A stretch of DNA of 64,000 bases from Felis catus (taxonomy: Eukaryota), in the NCBI RefSeq assembly GCF_018350175.1, contig NC_058368.1, positions 233,308,001 through 233,372,000 on the forward strand. Reading direction: 5' to 3'. The position numbers were made by a program, and so were the translations under genes. Below, one piece after another: positions 37,831-52,159 of the stretch; positions within the stretch are counted from its first letter, which is position 1, and each line of letters begins with the position of its first letter. Under the pieces are notes generated by a model, which was not told the DNA's origin, did not search any database, and saw nothing but the letters and a program-made list of their open reading frames with translations.

Positions 37831-39199
37831 GGGAGGAGCGAATGGAGGGGAGGGGATGCAGGAGAGGGAGGGTGGAGGCGGTGTCTTAGCCTGAGACCGA
37901 ATGGAGGTGCGGGGTGGGTAGAGGGAATGCGGGCAAGGCTGCAGAGCAGGGGAGGGGGCTGGAGGAGAGGCGGGAGAGGCGGGAGGAGAGGCTGCAAGAG
38001 GTCGGAGCTACACTTTGGGGGAGGAAGTCCCAGAGTCTGGGCTGCAACTCTGGGGTGGGACTCTGGGGTCGCGGTTGCAAGGAGGGGAGGGGTGGGGGCC
38101 GGGGCAGGGCTCTACAGTCTGTGAGGACACCTGGGGGAGGAGAGAGGAGAGGGTTAAGGGGGCATCAGGGTCACAGGGGGAAGGAGGGTGGGAGAGGGCC
38201 TTCCTCCCGGGTGCCTAGACCCCAAAGAGAGCAGCTACCATGACCACAAGAGTAAGGTGGTCATCTTCACCATCTCTCTTCACCTAGAGATGGGCACGGG
38301 CTGAGCCCGGTGTGTGTGTTGTGGGAGGCATGCTCAACTGGGATGAGGGTGGGGTGCCAGAATGCTCAACCGCGTTTTCTGAGCTATTTGGGGATAGGTT
38401 AGGGTCCCAGTGCTCTTTGGGTAAGGGATTGGAACCACTGGGCTTCTAGTACTACTACCCAGAGCGGCAGGCTGATCGACCCCTCTGCCCAGGATCTGGA
38501 GGAATGTCTCAGGAGACCTGGGCTGCGCAGCTGGTGGGGTCAGGACTCCCTCTGGGCTCTGCCTGAAAGCGCTCACTGCAGCGACTGTGCCCAGAAAGTC
38601 CAGGGTACCGACGACGCGCTTGGAGGGCCCTCTTGCAAACCGAAGATAACCACAGGCAGTTCTGGCCATCCTGCAGGGAGAGCAGGACAGGGAGGCCGCA
38701 CCAGATTCTGGCCTGGCTCCAGCAGGCACACGCGACTCATGAGAAAATCCTGCTGGTCTGTGACGGGCCACCATGCAGCCAAAGCAGGGGAAGAAGCCAG
38801 AGGAAAAGAAGCAAATTCAGAGCTTGTCAGGAGTCGACGACTGCTTTCGTCAAGCTGTTTTTCCTAAATGTCTCCGATGTTTCTTGCAGTTCAGGCTGCA
38901 GGGACATCATTATTAAAAGGATCTCTGGGGTCGCTCAGCCTGCAGGGACAGTGAGTGGCTCAGAGAGGGTATAGGTTAGCCAAGTGCCTAGGAAGAAGGA
39001 GGTCTTTCCCTCCTGATGTGTAAGGTGTCCGCACGGAATGACCTTCCTTCTCTTCTCCCCACCCATCACCCATAGAGCCCACATGAACCCCCATCCGGAT
39101 CAGGTCTGCACGCATTCAGGGACACGTGAAATGTCAGAGAACAGAATGTCATGGAGCTTACCCTTACAAACAAAAGCAGAAGCTTCTAGTTTAGACAAC

Positions 39200-39625
39200 T
39201 GTTACAGGTTGAATTGTGTGTCCCCCTAAAATTCTTATGTTAGAGTCCTAATCCCAAGCGCCTCAGAATGTGACCTTATTTGGAGACGGGGTCTTTACAG
39301 AGGTAATCAGATTCAAGTGAGGTCATTGGCGGGGGGGGGGTGCCTCATCCAGTATGACCGGCGCCCTTATGGAAAGGGGACATGACATGCATAGATCGAA
39401 GATGAAGGGAAAAGGCAGGGAGAAGACGGCCTTCGACAATACAAGGCAAGGAGAGGAGCCGCGAATAGCTTCTTCCCGCACAGCCCTCGGGAGGAGGGAG
39501 CCCTGCCCATACCTTGATCTCAGACTTTCTGCTGCCAGAACTGTGAGATAGTACATTTCTCCTGTTTAACCCCCCCCCCCCCCCCAGTCTGGGTGCTCTG
39601 TTTGGGCAGACTGAGCAAACTGACA
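39200..39625 (+). mobile_element. MLT1-type MaLR LTR
   Basis: tgttacaggttgaattgtgtgtcccc...cctcagaatgtgaccttatttggag...ccagaactgtgaga...aaactgacaca. Confidence 0.85.
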
Positions 39626-40519
39626 CACGACCTTGGCCAGGAGGCTCTCTTGTATCGGTTAGCTCCTCCCCGCTCGGCTCTGAGCAATATGGAAGGACTG
39701 AAGGACAGAAGGAAGAAAGGGACATCTGTGGCCATTCTGCGCCTCCCTGTTCGGTGCACTCTTGGCTTGAACGTCCACTGGGAATTAATGCTGGGGTGGA
39801 TTTAGGGCAACAGTGCCCGACCTCACTGCCACCACGGACCTCCTATGTTTTCCTCCCATGAATGATATGTTTTGAAAGAACTTTTATCTGTAAATAATTT
39901 CATTTATTAAATGAATTTTACAATTTAAGTATGCAAAACCTGTATCATTGCCAATTTATGATTCAGGCAGAGCGTTACCGCACAGCATGAGAGAAACAGC
40001 CAAAAAGCCAGGAATCTTGATGTTTTAAGATGGTCCGTGCTGTTTTATTGAGAGAACATAAATCTTGTCTGGCTTCCTGACAAAATGAAAAAATTCACAA
40101 TACACCATTTTGTGTGTACCGCTGAGGAGGCCTGTTAAGTACCACTTTGAGGCTATTCAGAAATAAGATCAAAGACTAAAGTGGATGGGGTTCAGGATAC
40201 ATATTTATCAGAGACTAAAACCCAGGTTGCAGGTTACTGCTAAGGTCTCTGGGCAAAAATGGCTTGTGGACACAGAAGCTCTGAATCCTACCCAGCCACT
40301 GCGGCTGTGGGCCCCAGAAAAAGCAGAGCTGAACCCCCGCCCACTGTGGGCCAGCCATTGCCAACGGAAAAGAAGCAGAGTTGAACCTGGCAGGTTCACC
40401 AATCTGATACGTGACTCTGCCTCTCTGGGGCCAAGATGCAGAGAGGTACCTGATATACAAGGTGCCCAGGGCTCTGTATTTGGAGAGAGATCAGGGGTAG
40501 GTAAGAAGTATGCTGCTTT

Positions 40520-40710
40520 AATTCAGGGTTCAACACACAGAGGCCCCTGGGCCAAATGTGGCCCAGAGTCCATTTTCATGAAGTTTTATTACAACAAGGT
40601 CCCATGCCCATTCGCTTAGTATTATCTATGGCCACGCGCAGAGTTGGAAACCATGTGACCTGAAAGGCTAAAGCAGTGACTATCTGTATCTTGATAGAAA
40701 ACCCCTGTTC
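40520..40710 (+). mobile_element. MER58A-like relic
   Basis: ggcccctgggccaaatgtggccc...attatctatggc...cctgaaaggctaaa. Confidence 0.55.
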
Positions 40711-42109
40711 CAATATATTACTGTACCTGGAAGGTAGGAAAGGGCCTTAGAACAAATTAATGCAAAGCGGATTTTAAGAAAAAAACAAATTAGTACAGTC
40801 TTGATAGCTGGAGTCACAGGCAATTTCAAATCCTCAGGCCTTTAGTGTCACGCGGAAGAAAATGATGCAGCAGAAATATTAACACCTAAATAAAATAGCC
40901 CTTAAAAGCATCAAGAAAAACAAAAGGCATTTCGAAGTATATTTGCAAGACAGCCACCAATGGTAATAATGTCCCCCTGGGGATTGTATGAACTAGTATT
41001 TAATCAGCTGCAGAACTCCAGAGGCTGATTCTCTACCATGAGATCATGTGGACTGAAGACGAATTTGGTATCACAGATTTGCTAGAGGACTCAGCTGCCC
41101 CTAAGTGAATTGTAAATCTGGGTCCTCCTCGAAGCTGAGAAGACAAGGGGCAGAATTAGCTCTTCAGTCAATTACCGTGTGACACATCTAGTAATTAATT
41201 AGTTAGCACAGGCCAACAAGTCTTGGGTAAAAATATTGACTCCGCGTTCCTAGCTGTGCAGATTGCGCAAGGCACAATCTCCTTGGGTCACTTCGCCCAT
41301 CTATGAAACAGTACCAGCTTCACGGGGCCAGTAATGACAAATTAATTTAATTAATAGAGGTGAAGTGGCACATAGTAAGCCCAATGTAAGCAGAGCTATT
41401 ATTCGCTTTTGTTAGTGATTATTAGTTTCTTGTCCCTGAGGTTTGGTTCCCAGCCAGTGTCTTACATCCTGCACCCCTGATTGCTGTCAGAGGCATACAC
41501 AGGTGAGGCAGGTAACTGAGAGTCATTCTGGTGGTTTCTAATCTATGGGGTCTCCCCCTGGGAGACCCCAAAGTTAAGGCCCTCAATGCGGCATGCTTAT
41601 TTAAAGCCCCAGTAATGCCTTGGATCCTGAGACAAATTTGTCATCTAAAGCTGCCAGCTAAAATGTGATCAACTCCTGCACGGCTCCCGAGGGGCCTCTA
41701 GCAGTGTGGGCTTTTCCTATAAAATACTGTTCAGGAGGCAGCAAGGCAGATTCAGTTCAATGAGGTTTTTGAATTACTTTTTTCCTTCTTCTGCCTCGTG
41801 CAACATTTCTGCTACTGAAATGGAAAAGCTAAGTCGAAGGACAATGCCCTTTTATGGAAGATTTGATGAAGTTTCGCAAAGTCTCAGAGCTACGTTAAAA
41901 AAGAATTCTTAGGGGGTCTTAGAATATGCTTTCTCTCGTGGTGAGCTGCAGTGTGGACAGCCTGTCTTGAGTGAAGCTTTGCTCAGAGAGCCCCACCTTA
42001 GCTTTAGGGAGATTAGCTGACTTTCCTCGTCCGTGTGTGATGGAGACACAGAGGCTAGGGGCTCTTTCTTTACCCTCCTGATCGCCCACCTGCCCTTCAC
42101 TGAATGCAG

Positions 42110-42288
42110 CCGAGGGCAGACCACAAGCCGGGGAGGGGCAGAAAGAGGAGGACAGAGGATCCCAAGCAGGCTCTGCAGTGAAAGGCTGGCGGCAGGGAGC
42201 CCGATGCGGAGCCTGAACTCAGGAACCTGCGAGATCGTGACCCGAGCCAAAGTCAGACGCCTAACCAACTGAGCCACCCAGGTGCCCC
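42110..42288 (-). mobile_element. CanSINE lacking its tail
   Basis: ...gagccacccaggtgcccc reverse head. Confidence 0.8.
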
Positions 42289-42464
42289 TGAAGGTTTACT
42301 TAATTATCTCGCTGCTTTTTCTTCCCACTACACTATGAGCTCCATAAGGACAGCAATCGCTCTCTGCCCTTAGCGGCCTGAACAGTGCCCGTCTCATAGT
42401 TGGTGCTTGGTAAGTACCTGCTGCATGAACGAAAGAGGAATAAATGGGATGCGGATTTAAAAAA

Positions 42465-42620
42465 AATGTTTAGTTTTGAGCGAACGAGCAGGGGAGAGGG
42501 GCAGAGAGAGAGCCAAGCCCAGCACGGAGCCCATCCAGGGGCTCGATCTCACCACCATGAGATCATGACCTGAGTTGATATCAAGAGTCAGACACCTTAG
42601 CCGACTGAGCCACCTGGGTG
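42465..42620 (-). mobile_element. CanSINE fragment
   Basis: gagatcatgacctgag...ccgactgagccacc. Confidence 0.8.
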
Positions 42621-43474
42621 GCTTTTAAAATCAAGTCACAAGATCAGTCCCTGAGACTGAATAGAGGTCCTGTTTGGGATTATCTGCCCTTTCGGGTATC
42701 CTTGGCCTTGAGCTGCTCCTCAGGGATCAAAATTGGGAGTAGATGCCCTTGCTTCTCCCGAATCCGGGCTGGCGGTGTCTTCCCTGTCCAGTGACCTGCC
42801 CCTTGGTAGGGGGTGGAGCTGAATCTCTTCCTCCAGGGCAGGTAGAGAGTAGCAAGGGGCAGGCAGGTCACCCCAGGGAAGCAGGACGGAAACACCCAGA
42901 GGGTGGAGTCAGTGTTCCTACCACCCATGTGACCACGTGGTGCGTGGCTTTCCGCTGTGTGCGTACGAATGCACGGATAGGTGTCTAACTTTGTTTACAA
43001 GAACATGTTCACACACAGATCACACAACTGCGCATGTATATTTGCAGCTTGCTCTTTGCATGTCATAATACATCTCAGACAGTTTTTCCAAAACTGTCCC
43101 CGTTTAAGGAGCACAATGACACACGAAAAGGAGCAGCATTATCTCCAATATATTTGGCCAAGAGGCACAGCTTCGACTCGAGCGGCAGCCCCCGTGGCTC
43201 ACCCTTCCTCCTGTGATGTGGACAGCTGGGGGCCAGGGATGGGGGGCAGAGGGGGGCGGTGGGGGGCTGGTGTCCGTGGAAGAGAGAACAGCTGGGTCCG
43301 AGTCTCCTCTTGGAGACAAAGTGAGCGGACAGACTGATTGATGCAGAACCCTGACCTGGAGCACACTTCCAGGATGAAACACATCCAGAGGGAGGCGCTG
43401 GTTCATTTCAGCTCAAGGGTAGGTTTGGGGCGCAACCCCCACCAGCAACAGATCCATTGTAGTGAAGTCGTGAA

Positions 43475-43680
43475 GGGGGCGCCCGGGTGGCCCCGTGGGT
43501 TGGGCGTCCGACTCTTGATTTCGGCACAGGTCGTGATCGCGGGGTCTTGGGATCCAGCGCCAAGTCGGGCTCCGTGCTGAGCGTGGAGCCTGCTTAAGAT
43601 TCTCTCCCTCTCTCCGTCTCCCTCGCTCTCTGCCCCTCCCCCATTCACTCTCTCGCTCAAAAAATAAATATAAAATTAAA
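43475..43680 (+). mobile_element. CanSINE
   Basis: Head and tail; flanking gtagtgaag. Confidence 0.88.
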
Positions 43681-44554
43681 AAGTAGTGAAGATAATGCCT
43701 TAACAAGACTGCTTATGATATGATAGGATTCTTATTAACTTGTTAAAATGTTCAGATTATTGGAAAGGTTCTGAAAATTCCCCAAACTCGTGGTCCTAAT
43801 GCACCAGGAGAGGAAACAGAACCTTTGCCACAGAGGAACCAAAGAGAATAGCTGAGTATTGTCCTCTTAAAAGAACTAGCACGTCCTGTCCTCGACAAGC
43901 TACACTCCTTCTGAGAATAGACTTTTGAATGATGTTAAAATTAATGAAGATGTCCTCAGTAAGCATCACATACCGCTGGACTCCCAAGGACAAGCCCTGG
44001 ACTTATCAGAAGTAAAATGAGTCCCTTATGAATCAAAGGAAGCCCTTTGGATCGCCTCGGGAATTTCTGTTTTTACGAGGAGGTCGCACAGCTCTGGGTT
44101 GGCAAACAGTGACTGGAAGCCTCAAGAGGAGAGGTAACAGTACCGTGCCCCCGAAGAGAGGAAACGAACAAGCCCGATCATAGCTTGATTACTGTTTTAG
44201 TCAAGGTGGGCTGGGCTGTGCTCTGGGAACAAATGGACCTTGAACCCCGAGAGCCTTAACCACCCGTGTGTCCTATATCGCAGTCTGCTCATGCTCACAA
44301 CAAAGAGCCAATTTGTAGCATTTCGTTCCGAACTCTGCATTCAGTTGGAAGCCTGAAATTGGCCATGGTGAGAATGCTTAGACTGCAGGAATTGGCAAAT
44401 GCCACACTGGGTCTTTTTTGTCCAGAGAGTGGCTGGTTAACCTAAGCCCACCACTGGCCTTATGCATATAACACATAACAAAAAGTGTGTTTCTTTTTCA
44501 CATGTAGCCCAATGTGTGTGTTTCTCCTGCCTGGACTTCTAATTCTTCTTCTTC

Positions 44555-44995
44555 TTTTTTTAAAAAAAATTTTAAAATGTTTTATTTATTTTTGAGAGAG
44601 AGAGACAGAGTGCAAGCGGGACAGAGAGAGAGGGAGACAGAATCTGAAGCAGGCTCCAGGCTCTGAGCTGTCAGCACAGAGCCCGACACGGGGCTCGAAC
44701 TCATGAGCCATGAGATCTTGACCTGAGCCGACGTTGGACGCTTAACCTGCTGAACCACCCAGATGCCCCAGCCCAGCTTTCTTTTTTTTTTTTTAAATAT
44801 TTTTTTAATGTATTTTTTTGAGAAAGAGAGACCGAGCACAAGTGGGAGGGGCAGAGAGAGAGAGGGAGACACAGGATCCGAAGCAGGCTCCAGGCTCTGA
44901 GCTGTCAGCACAGAGCCCGCCACGGGCTCAAACTTCAAGATAATGACCTGAGCCAAAGTCAGACGCCCAACCGACTGAGCCACCCAGGCACCCCC
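44555..44995 (-). mobile_element. Two tandem felid SINEs (about 44555-44770 and 44780-44995)
   Basis: Two reverse heads; ccagctt flanks the second copy. Confidence 0.92.
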
Positions 44996-46034
44996 CAGCT
45001 TGCTTAATACAGTAACTGGGGAACCAGATTCCTCCTTTTTAGCGGTTCCACTGTTGCCAGGGCCTGGGGATCTTTGGGATCTTGCGGTCCTTTACTGGAT
45101 CCTTTGAACTTGCTGGCCAAAGAGCATGGAGAGACAGCATGGAGGGCACACACGAGAGCTTTTATGGACCAAGCCTAGAAGGTGATGCCCATTGGCTTCC
45201 CCCACAATTCTTTGCCAGAACTAGTAAGTGGGATGGAAACTGGCCACTGCAGTCTTCTGTTTATTCTGGAAGAGGCCATGTGTTTGGTGAACACATAATA
45301 TTACCCCTGCCTGAGTGCCATTTGGAAATGTATTGATTTCCTTTCTCTTAGTTCTTTCTTTCTTGCAGAATTTACCTGGCTTGAACCAACAATGGAGAGT
45401 CCGTTTATATTTGAATGGTCTGAAAGGGAGGAGAAAAGAAAGGATTCGGGTCCCCGTTTGCTGGGAATCTTACCCCAGTTATTTGTGGCAGAGCGCGTGT
45501 AGTGTCTGGTAGGAGGCACGGGGAACCCCAGAAGCGCACAACCGGGGAGATGTGCCCTTGTAGACTGTAGGCCAGGACTGCTTGTGGTAGTCATGAGAAA
45601 CGTAAACAACAGCCTCCAAAGTCTCAATGTCCTAAGTAAGACTCACTTCTCGTGTTAAATGTCCAACGGGGATCAGAGGGATGGCTCTGCCCAGGATAGT
45701 CACTCAGCAACTGCTGTGGAAGCTTCCGGAATCCCCAAAGGCTTCTGCCTGAGAAGTCCCATGTGACCCCCCGCTCATAGTGCATTGCTTAGATCTGGTC
45801 ACATGGCTTAACTCGCCCAAAGGAGCAGAGATTCATCCTCTGCGGAGTCGGGAGCAGAGCAGAATAGAGCCATTGGTGATGGCTACCAAGCCGGTTGTCT
45901 GGGTTGAGTGGTTTACCGACTCAGTTCACCCGGAGCTCAGCGCTCTGGGATTGGGTCTCCGGCCGGCCCCACTGCAGTGCCCTTTGTTTTATCTCCATTC
46001 TTACCTTCCATTGTTCAAAACATGACCACCAAGT

Positions 46035-46436
46035 ATGGGTGTTGGAGCTGCCATAACAAAGCGCCACAGACCAGGGGCTTGAGCCACAGAAATGTATCGT
46101 CTCCCAGTTCCGGAGGCCAGGAGTCCAAATCAGTGTGGTGGCAAGGTTGGCCCCTTCTAAGGTCATGAGGGAGAGTCTGTTCCAGGCCACTCTCATTCGT
46201 CTGTAGATGGCCATCTCCTCCCTGTGTCTCCTTGTGTCATCTTCTCTCTCCCTGTGTATCAGTGTCTGTTTCTGAGCTTCTTTTATAAGGACACCAGTGC
46301 TGTTGGATTAGGTATGACCACGTCTTAACTAATTACGTTTTCGGCGTCCTGATTTCTAAATCACCTTCTGAGATCCTGGGGGTCAGGACTTCAACATAGG
46401 AATTTTGGGGGGGGTGGTGCAATTCAACCCACAGCA
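46035..46436 (-). mobile_element. MLT1-type MaLR LTR
   Basis: gctgccataacaaagcgccacagac...cttttataaggacaccagt...caattcaacccacagca. Confidence 0.8.
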
Positions 46437-49400
46437 CCCAGGGAGGTGGCTGCCCTGGGACTCCAGCCACAGTGGTGCAGCGCCCCCTACGATGAGTTCA
46501 GCAACGTCCCCATCCCGTGTGATCCCAGGCGGGAGCCGATCCTTCCTGGCTGGTGCCCCTGTACTTTGGGCGCCCCTCTGTGGCTCCCTGTGTATCACCT
46601 GCTGTTGTTTAATTAATGAGTTTATTTCCATTCTCAGCCTGTGGTCTCCTCCAAGGTAGGGACTCCCTATTCCTGTCCTGGAGCCTCGCTGGGTGCCTGA
46701 CACAATAGTTAGAGTGATGTGCTTCGGAGGTCGACGAGTGAAGGCTTCTGCTCCATATGCACACACAGCCCAGGGCTACAGGCAAGTTATTTTGCAGTGT
46801 TAGGAGCAGGGGCCACGGGGGGGGGGGGCGGGGGAGGGGACCAAAGGCAAGCCATCAGACAGCACAACGAGAATGAGATCATACTACGTTTTAACAACCC
46901 TCAAAATGCAAAGGGGCAAAGGGAGATTACCAGAGAGGCAGCAAATGGGCTCGTTTGCTCAACATCATGCTTGAGAGAGGAAATCTCTGGAGAGATTTTA
47001 ATAGCAAAATAATAGTAAACCCAGAAGCTCTGTTTTGTGATAGCATCTAAATCCAGACTGGCTTTTATTCGTGTCATTTTGCTTCCGACCGTAAAGGAAT
47101 GAAAGACAAAAGGAAAGAAGAAAGATGAATAATTAAAATTTAGCAAAAGACAGATTTTCAGTTTGATGAGAAGTTGACGACGGACAGTCACGTTGCTCAG
47201 TGAGGCTGTCTGGCTGCCGGTCGACTTCTCCCCCTTATTTTTCGGTGATAGAACAATTCATTTTTACTCTAGAAAGTAGTAAGTAGGCAAAAATCGCTGC
47301 AAAGGAGAGAAAGAGAGACTCCGATCACACCCCATGGGTGCAGGGAGCCCTCACACAGACTGCTCTAACATACGGCAAGACAGGATTCTGGTGAGCAACT
47401 CAGGGGAACTGAGGCACATGGCTTCTCCGAGCGCTGCTTGTGTGGAGTATTTTCGGGGAGCTGAGAATGTGGACAGCTCGCCACAGGGGGCTTCCCCAGC
47501 GCAGGGAACAAAGTGAGGTAACCCTGCCTCCCTCATTCAGGAAGCACTGATCGCTTTCTCACTCACTTCCGGTATTCATTCTTCTGTCCTCGGAGTCCGG
47601 CTCCCAGGACACGTCCAGGACCTCCAGGGGGCTGACTCCGTTCGGGAGGGTCAGGCCTGCACGGGAACCACCTGCACAGGAGGACAGCGCGAGCCAGTAG
47701 GTCCCGGAGGAGCCCCTGTTCCCCCTGGCCCCTGCTGGCAGGGCTGTCCCTCAGGCCTGGGGGCTGCTGGTCACCCACATGGAGCCGGGTGGGAACTGAT
47801 GGCCCAGAGATCGTGGGTGCAGACCGTGGCCCAGAGATCTGAGGGTGCAGCTGCCGCCCAGGTGCTCAGTCCGGGCAGCAGGTGTTTCTGTTACAGACCG
47901 GAGCTGCCGTCCCTGAAACACACCCAATGCACGGGGTCCGCCAGGCCAGGCGGGATTCGGGTGACAATGTGACAGCCACATCAAGACCACGATCCCAGCT
48001 TCAGTTCCCGTGTGGAAAGGGGTGCTGTGGGGGTGATGGGGCATTCAGTCACTGTCCAGGTCGGCCTTCTGGCCTCAGCCGGACCTGGCCAGTAGCTCTG
48101 AACCCCAAAAGGAAGGGTCTGCATGGAGGTGCCTCCCCTTGCAAAGGCCACAATGCCCCTTTGGGGGATTTACGTCCCGCCATCCTGGCAGAGCGTGTGG
48201 TGTACCCGAGCCTCTCCTGTGTCACTGCAGAGCCCTCTGGCCTGGTGGCTTCCCTAAAAATGCTGCAAAGCTTGCTCACCATCTCCAGGCTAGAAGCCAG
48301 CTCCCGGCCGTCACCATCTCCTTCTGCAGACATCCTACACTGCATGTTAAAGATACTGAGATTTCTCTATCCTTCCTACGGGGTTTTTTTTTTTAAGTCT
48401 TAATTTTATTTGATTATCAAATGTCTGATTTTTATATAACCCAAGTGATTGATATTTTCTTTGTGACATTTTCCCCAATGCTTTGACGCGTAGGAAGTCC
48501 CTTATGGATTTTCTCTTCCCATATTTTTCTAACCCGTCCAGAATTTACTTTTGACTCTAATGCGATGTGAAGATCCAAGTTTATTGTTCTTCCCAAACAG
48601 CTAGCCAAGTTTTGCAACAGCGAATGCTGAAGAATGTAGCACCTCCCCGCTGAATTGGGCTTTTTGTTTTTCGGACCCTGGGTAGATGAGCTATCCCATA
48701 GGCGGCCTTCAGGACAAGTGAAGGCCAAGGCCAGCCAACCCAGTGCGTGGATAGACCCAGAGGCCCACAGGTGACAGAAGACGATGCCAACAAGAAGCTC
48801 CTGCATGGTGACCTCATTAAATGACCACCGGGGCTCAGACTCCACAAGCCAGGCGCCCTGCCCCCAAGTGGCTCAGAGTGAGTCTGCACTTATAAGCCAG
48901 GATTCCAGCAGCCATTGAATACGTGCCTCGGGCTTGTCGCCATTGGAATTCTTAGGAACCTAAGACAATAATCCCGAAAGCTTGCCTTGTTTCCCGTACT
49001 AGATGGTTCACTGCACCAGGACGGTGGCCACGTGCCTGAGCTTTCCACCCCCCGGGCAGGAGCGGTGCGTGTGCGCGGGACGGGACCTGTGAGGGAGGTG
49101 TCAGGGTGGGAAATGACATGTGGTCACTTCCATTGCTACCAGCTACTCTGAGTCCCAGCCGGCGAGAGCGGGCTGCCCGTGCCTTCCAACAGACTAAGCA
49201 CATGTTGTGCGTCCCTGGCGCTGTTTACCTTCTGCTTCCGAGTCCTGCACTCAGAGGATTGCTCCTAGCATCGCTCCCGGGGAGAGCGAGCGAGCGAGCG
49301 AGCGAGCACAGGTGAGCTACCCTGTACCCCCGAATGCCGGCGGCATGGCGTGCCTGGGTTTGCTGCTGGAGGGTTCAAGGCACCCGGCCCTCGACGAGGG

Positions 49401-50212
49401 AGCAGAAAGGACAGGCCTGACTTGCGGGTCAAGATCAAAGACGAGCTGACACGTGGATCTCTTTCCCTTTTATCAGGTCCCAAGTGAGGCAGACGGATTT
49501 TTGTACAAAGAGAAACCTGGGATGGAACGGTGGACGAACGAAACGGGATCCTTTCCTAATGCATCAAAGCTGTGTGTGCACGCGCGTTGTATACATACGC
49601 CTGATACGTGTGCAAATACTGTACATATGTATATATCATATAGAAAATAAATATAGTCATGCATTCATGAATTACATTCGTAAGAGCTACCACATCTGAT
49701 TAAAGAAAATATTTCCGTCTCTCCGGAGACAGATTTGTACTAGGTGCCCACCTGTTGGCTAGGAACTTAGGGATATTTCTGTTTAGTTGTATTGTCCAGT
49801 GTTTGGCTACGGTTAAGTTTTTAACGCAGTGCAAGCTTATTGTAGGAAATCTGAGAACTATGAGAAGGGTGGCGATGAGGAGAAAACACGTATATGGGGT
49901 GGGTCACTGTTCCTTTAAGGCTGTGCGCCTGGGTCAAGGTCAAGGAGGGATCTGTAAGAGGTGCAGGAAAAGAGCCACGGAGATGTCCCCGCCTCACCGG
50001 GCCTCTGGAGGACCTGCTTTGCTGGCGGGGGGCCCGGCCTCCTGCTCTGGTCGTGGAGGGTGCTCTGGGGTGACCTTCCCGAGCACATGCTCAGTGCAGA
50101 TGGGAAACTGCACGTCTCCACCGTCCATCGGGGGAGAGGCCTGGCTGCCGGTGTCCCGGAGCGCTGCTGTGGCCCAGTCCTCCAGTAGACCCGTGCCTTT
50201 CTTTGTCCCCAG

Positions 50213-50329
50213 ACAGGAATCATTTCCCTGTATGACTGTGTTTTTGACAAGAGCCCAGGCTACAATCAGAAGTTGCACCGAGATGACAGAGAACATGCAA
50301 AGAGCCTGGGGCTTCACGTGAACGAGGAG
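50213..50329 (+). CDS. CFAP90: CFAP90 exon 2 (117 nt)
   Basis: [39 protein letters not shown]; ccccAG and GTAATG. Confidence 0.94.
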
Positions 50330-51979
50330 GTAATGTTGAGACAGGCTGTTGACAAAGCGCGAACAGAGTCGCTGCGCCTGTGCGTCTATCCCGCAGTGAG
50401 CTGGGCGCGCTGCCTTCACCCCTGCGTGCGCCCTCCTCTCCCTCACCGGGCCCGGCACTGACACTAGGCCGATATCGGCTCCCTGTCTGGTCGTGTTTCC
50501 GCACGTTAGTCTTTATGACTCTGTTGTGGAGTTTACTTAATTTAATGAGGCAAAACTAAGAAGTTCTTTTCAACAGAGCAGGTGTTTGCTTAACTGCTGA
50601 GTCCTGGCTGTCACAGCTCTTCGGAGGACCCCGGCCCTGCCAGGGAGGGAACCGCACCCTAGTTTAGGTACCGGCCTCGAGCCTGAACCTTCACAGACGG
50701 GGCTGCTGCTGCTTTATCTTTGCACGATTTGCTGACAGCTCAGGCTTGGCCTGTGGTCAGCCGCCCCGGTGTGTGAGCAGAGGCAGGAGCAAAGCTCGTT
50801 CCCTGGGGAAGGGAGGTCTGTACCACAGCAGGTGCCGGGGCTGAGGAGGCTGTGTGGATCCTTAGCGGTGAGACCTTCTTGGGGCCTTTACGCACTCGGA
50901 CATCGTCTCTGCGGAGTCTGATCTGAGGACAGTGTGTTTACGAAGAGCCAGGTGCTGAGTAAATATCATCAGCTTTTCTAGGATACACAGAAATCAGAAT
51001 GGAGAAGCCTCCAGTGGGATCTCCCCCCCCCCCCCCCCCCCCAGCAGACTTTGGCCTGGGGCTGCTCTTGTTAAAGAATGCCCCAGGTCACTTCCAGGGA
51101 GACTTTATTTCACTGTGGAATTAAGTGAGGAACTCTGAAGTATTACTACTTAAGTCACAGACATGAAGTTTTTTTCTATTGTTTTTGTTTATGTGAATTC
51201 ACTCCAAGTGGGTAGTGAGGCTCGTGCTTTCCTGTCTTAAGAACACGCCTGGCCCGCTTGTACCCGGCCCGAGTTTGAGCACCTCCACCCCTCCACCCCC
51301 CCCACCCCCCGCCCCCGGCCCTGCACTGAGCCTAGGGGGAGAAGACAAATGTCCCTGTCCTCTCAGAGCTCACATTCCTATGAGGAAATGAAAAATGAAG
51401 TCATACAAATAAGGAACTGAATTCCAGGTGGCGATGGGAGGTATGCAGAGAAATGAGGCCTTTTAAGGGGGCAGGGAAAGTGCAAGGAGATTGGGGAGCT
51501 GTGAGGTGAGGGGGCCCAGGGAGATGAGGGGTCACAGATATGAGGGGGCCGGAAAGATAAGAGGGAACCAGGGAGATGGGGTGCTGGGGAGATAGGGAGT
51601 GGGGAGATGACAGGTGGAGGGTGGAAAGATTTGGGAAAAGAGAGAAGGCGGGAGGGGGGACAGGCAGACAGGAGGAGCGCTGGAGGAGGGAGGGAGGGAG
51701 GGCGGGAGGGAGAACGGAGCCTGAGGTCAGAGGGCACGTGGCACCCCGTGCCACGTCTTCGCCTTTCCTCTGGGTGACGTGAAAGACTTGGGGACAACGA
51801 GGGGCTCTGAGCACAAGGGGCAGGCGTGACGTAGTTCAGGAGGTCCCCGTGGTATCACGGAACCCGGGTGTGCCGGACGCAGGGGTGCAGCGGGCCGGGT
51901 GGACACAGCCTCCAGGACCTAAGGTGGGTCGTGTGAATAAGCGGGCGGAGCTGACCCCGTGTTCTGGTCACCCCGCCAG

Positions 51980-52159
51980 GAGCGCCAGCGGCCCGTGGCG
52001 GTGCTGACGTCCTCTGTCTACGGGAGACGCATCCACCAGCCCGTGGAGCCCCTGAACCGGGACCACGGCCGCGCCAACCTCGTGAAGGCGGACTTCTACA
52101 GGAAGAACGACATCCCCGGCATCAAGAGCCCCGGCTTTGGCCACGTTTCTCCAGCCTGA
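51980..52159 (+). CDS. CFAP90: CFAP90 exon 3; spliced protein 147 aa
   Basis: [59 protein letters not shown]; cgccAG acceptor. Confidence 0.94.
   Translation, partial: ERQRPVAVLTSSVYGRRIHQPVEPLNRDHGRANLVKADFYRKNDIPGIKSPGFGHVSPA

Noticed and set aside
36807..38243. Several long overlapping ORFs rich in Gly/Arg/Pro
   Set aside because: Stop-codon scarcity in a CpG island and G-rich repeat; only 37354-37500 matches CFAP90.
51023..51042. Long poly-C run (similar runs near 33976 and 39570)
   Set aside because: Simple homopolymers of unreliable length with no supporting structure.
51736..51756. 9-bp hairpin acgtggcac-ccc-gtgccacgt
   Set aside because: About one such stem is expected by chance in 64 kb.
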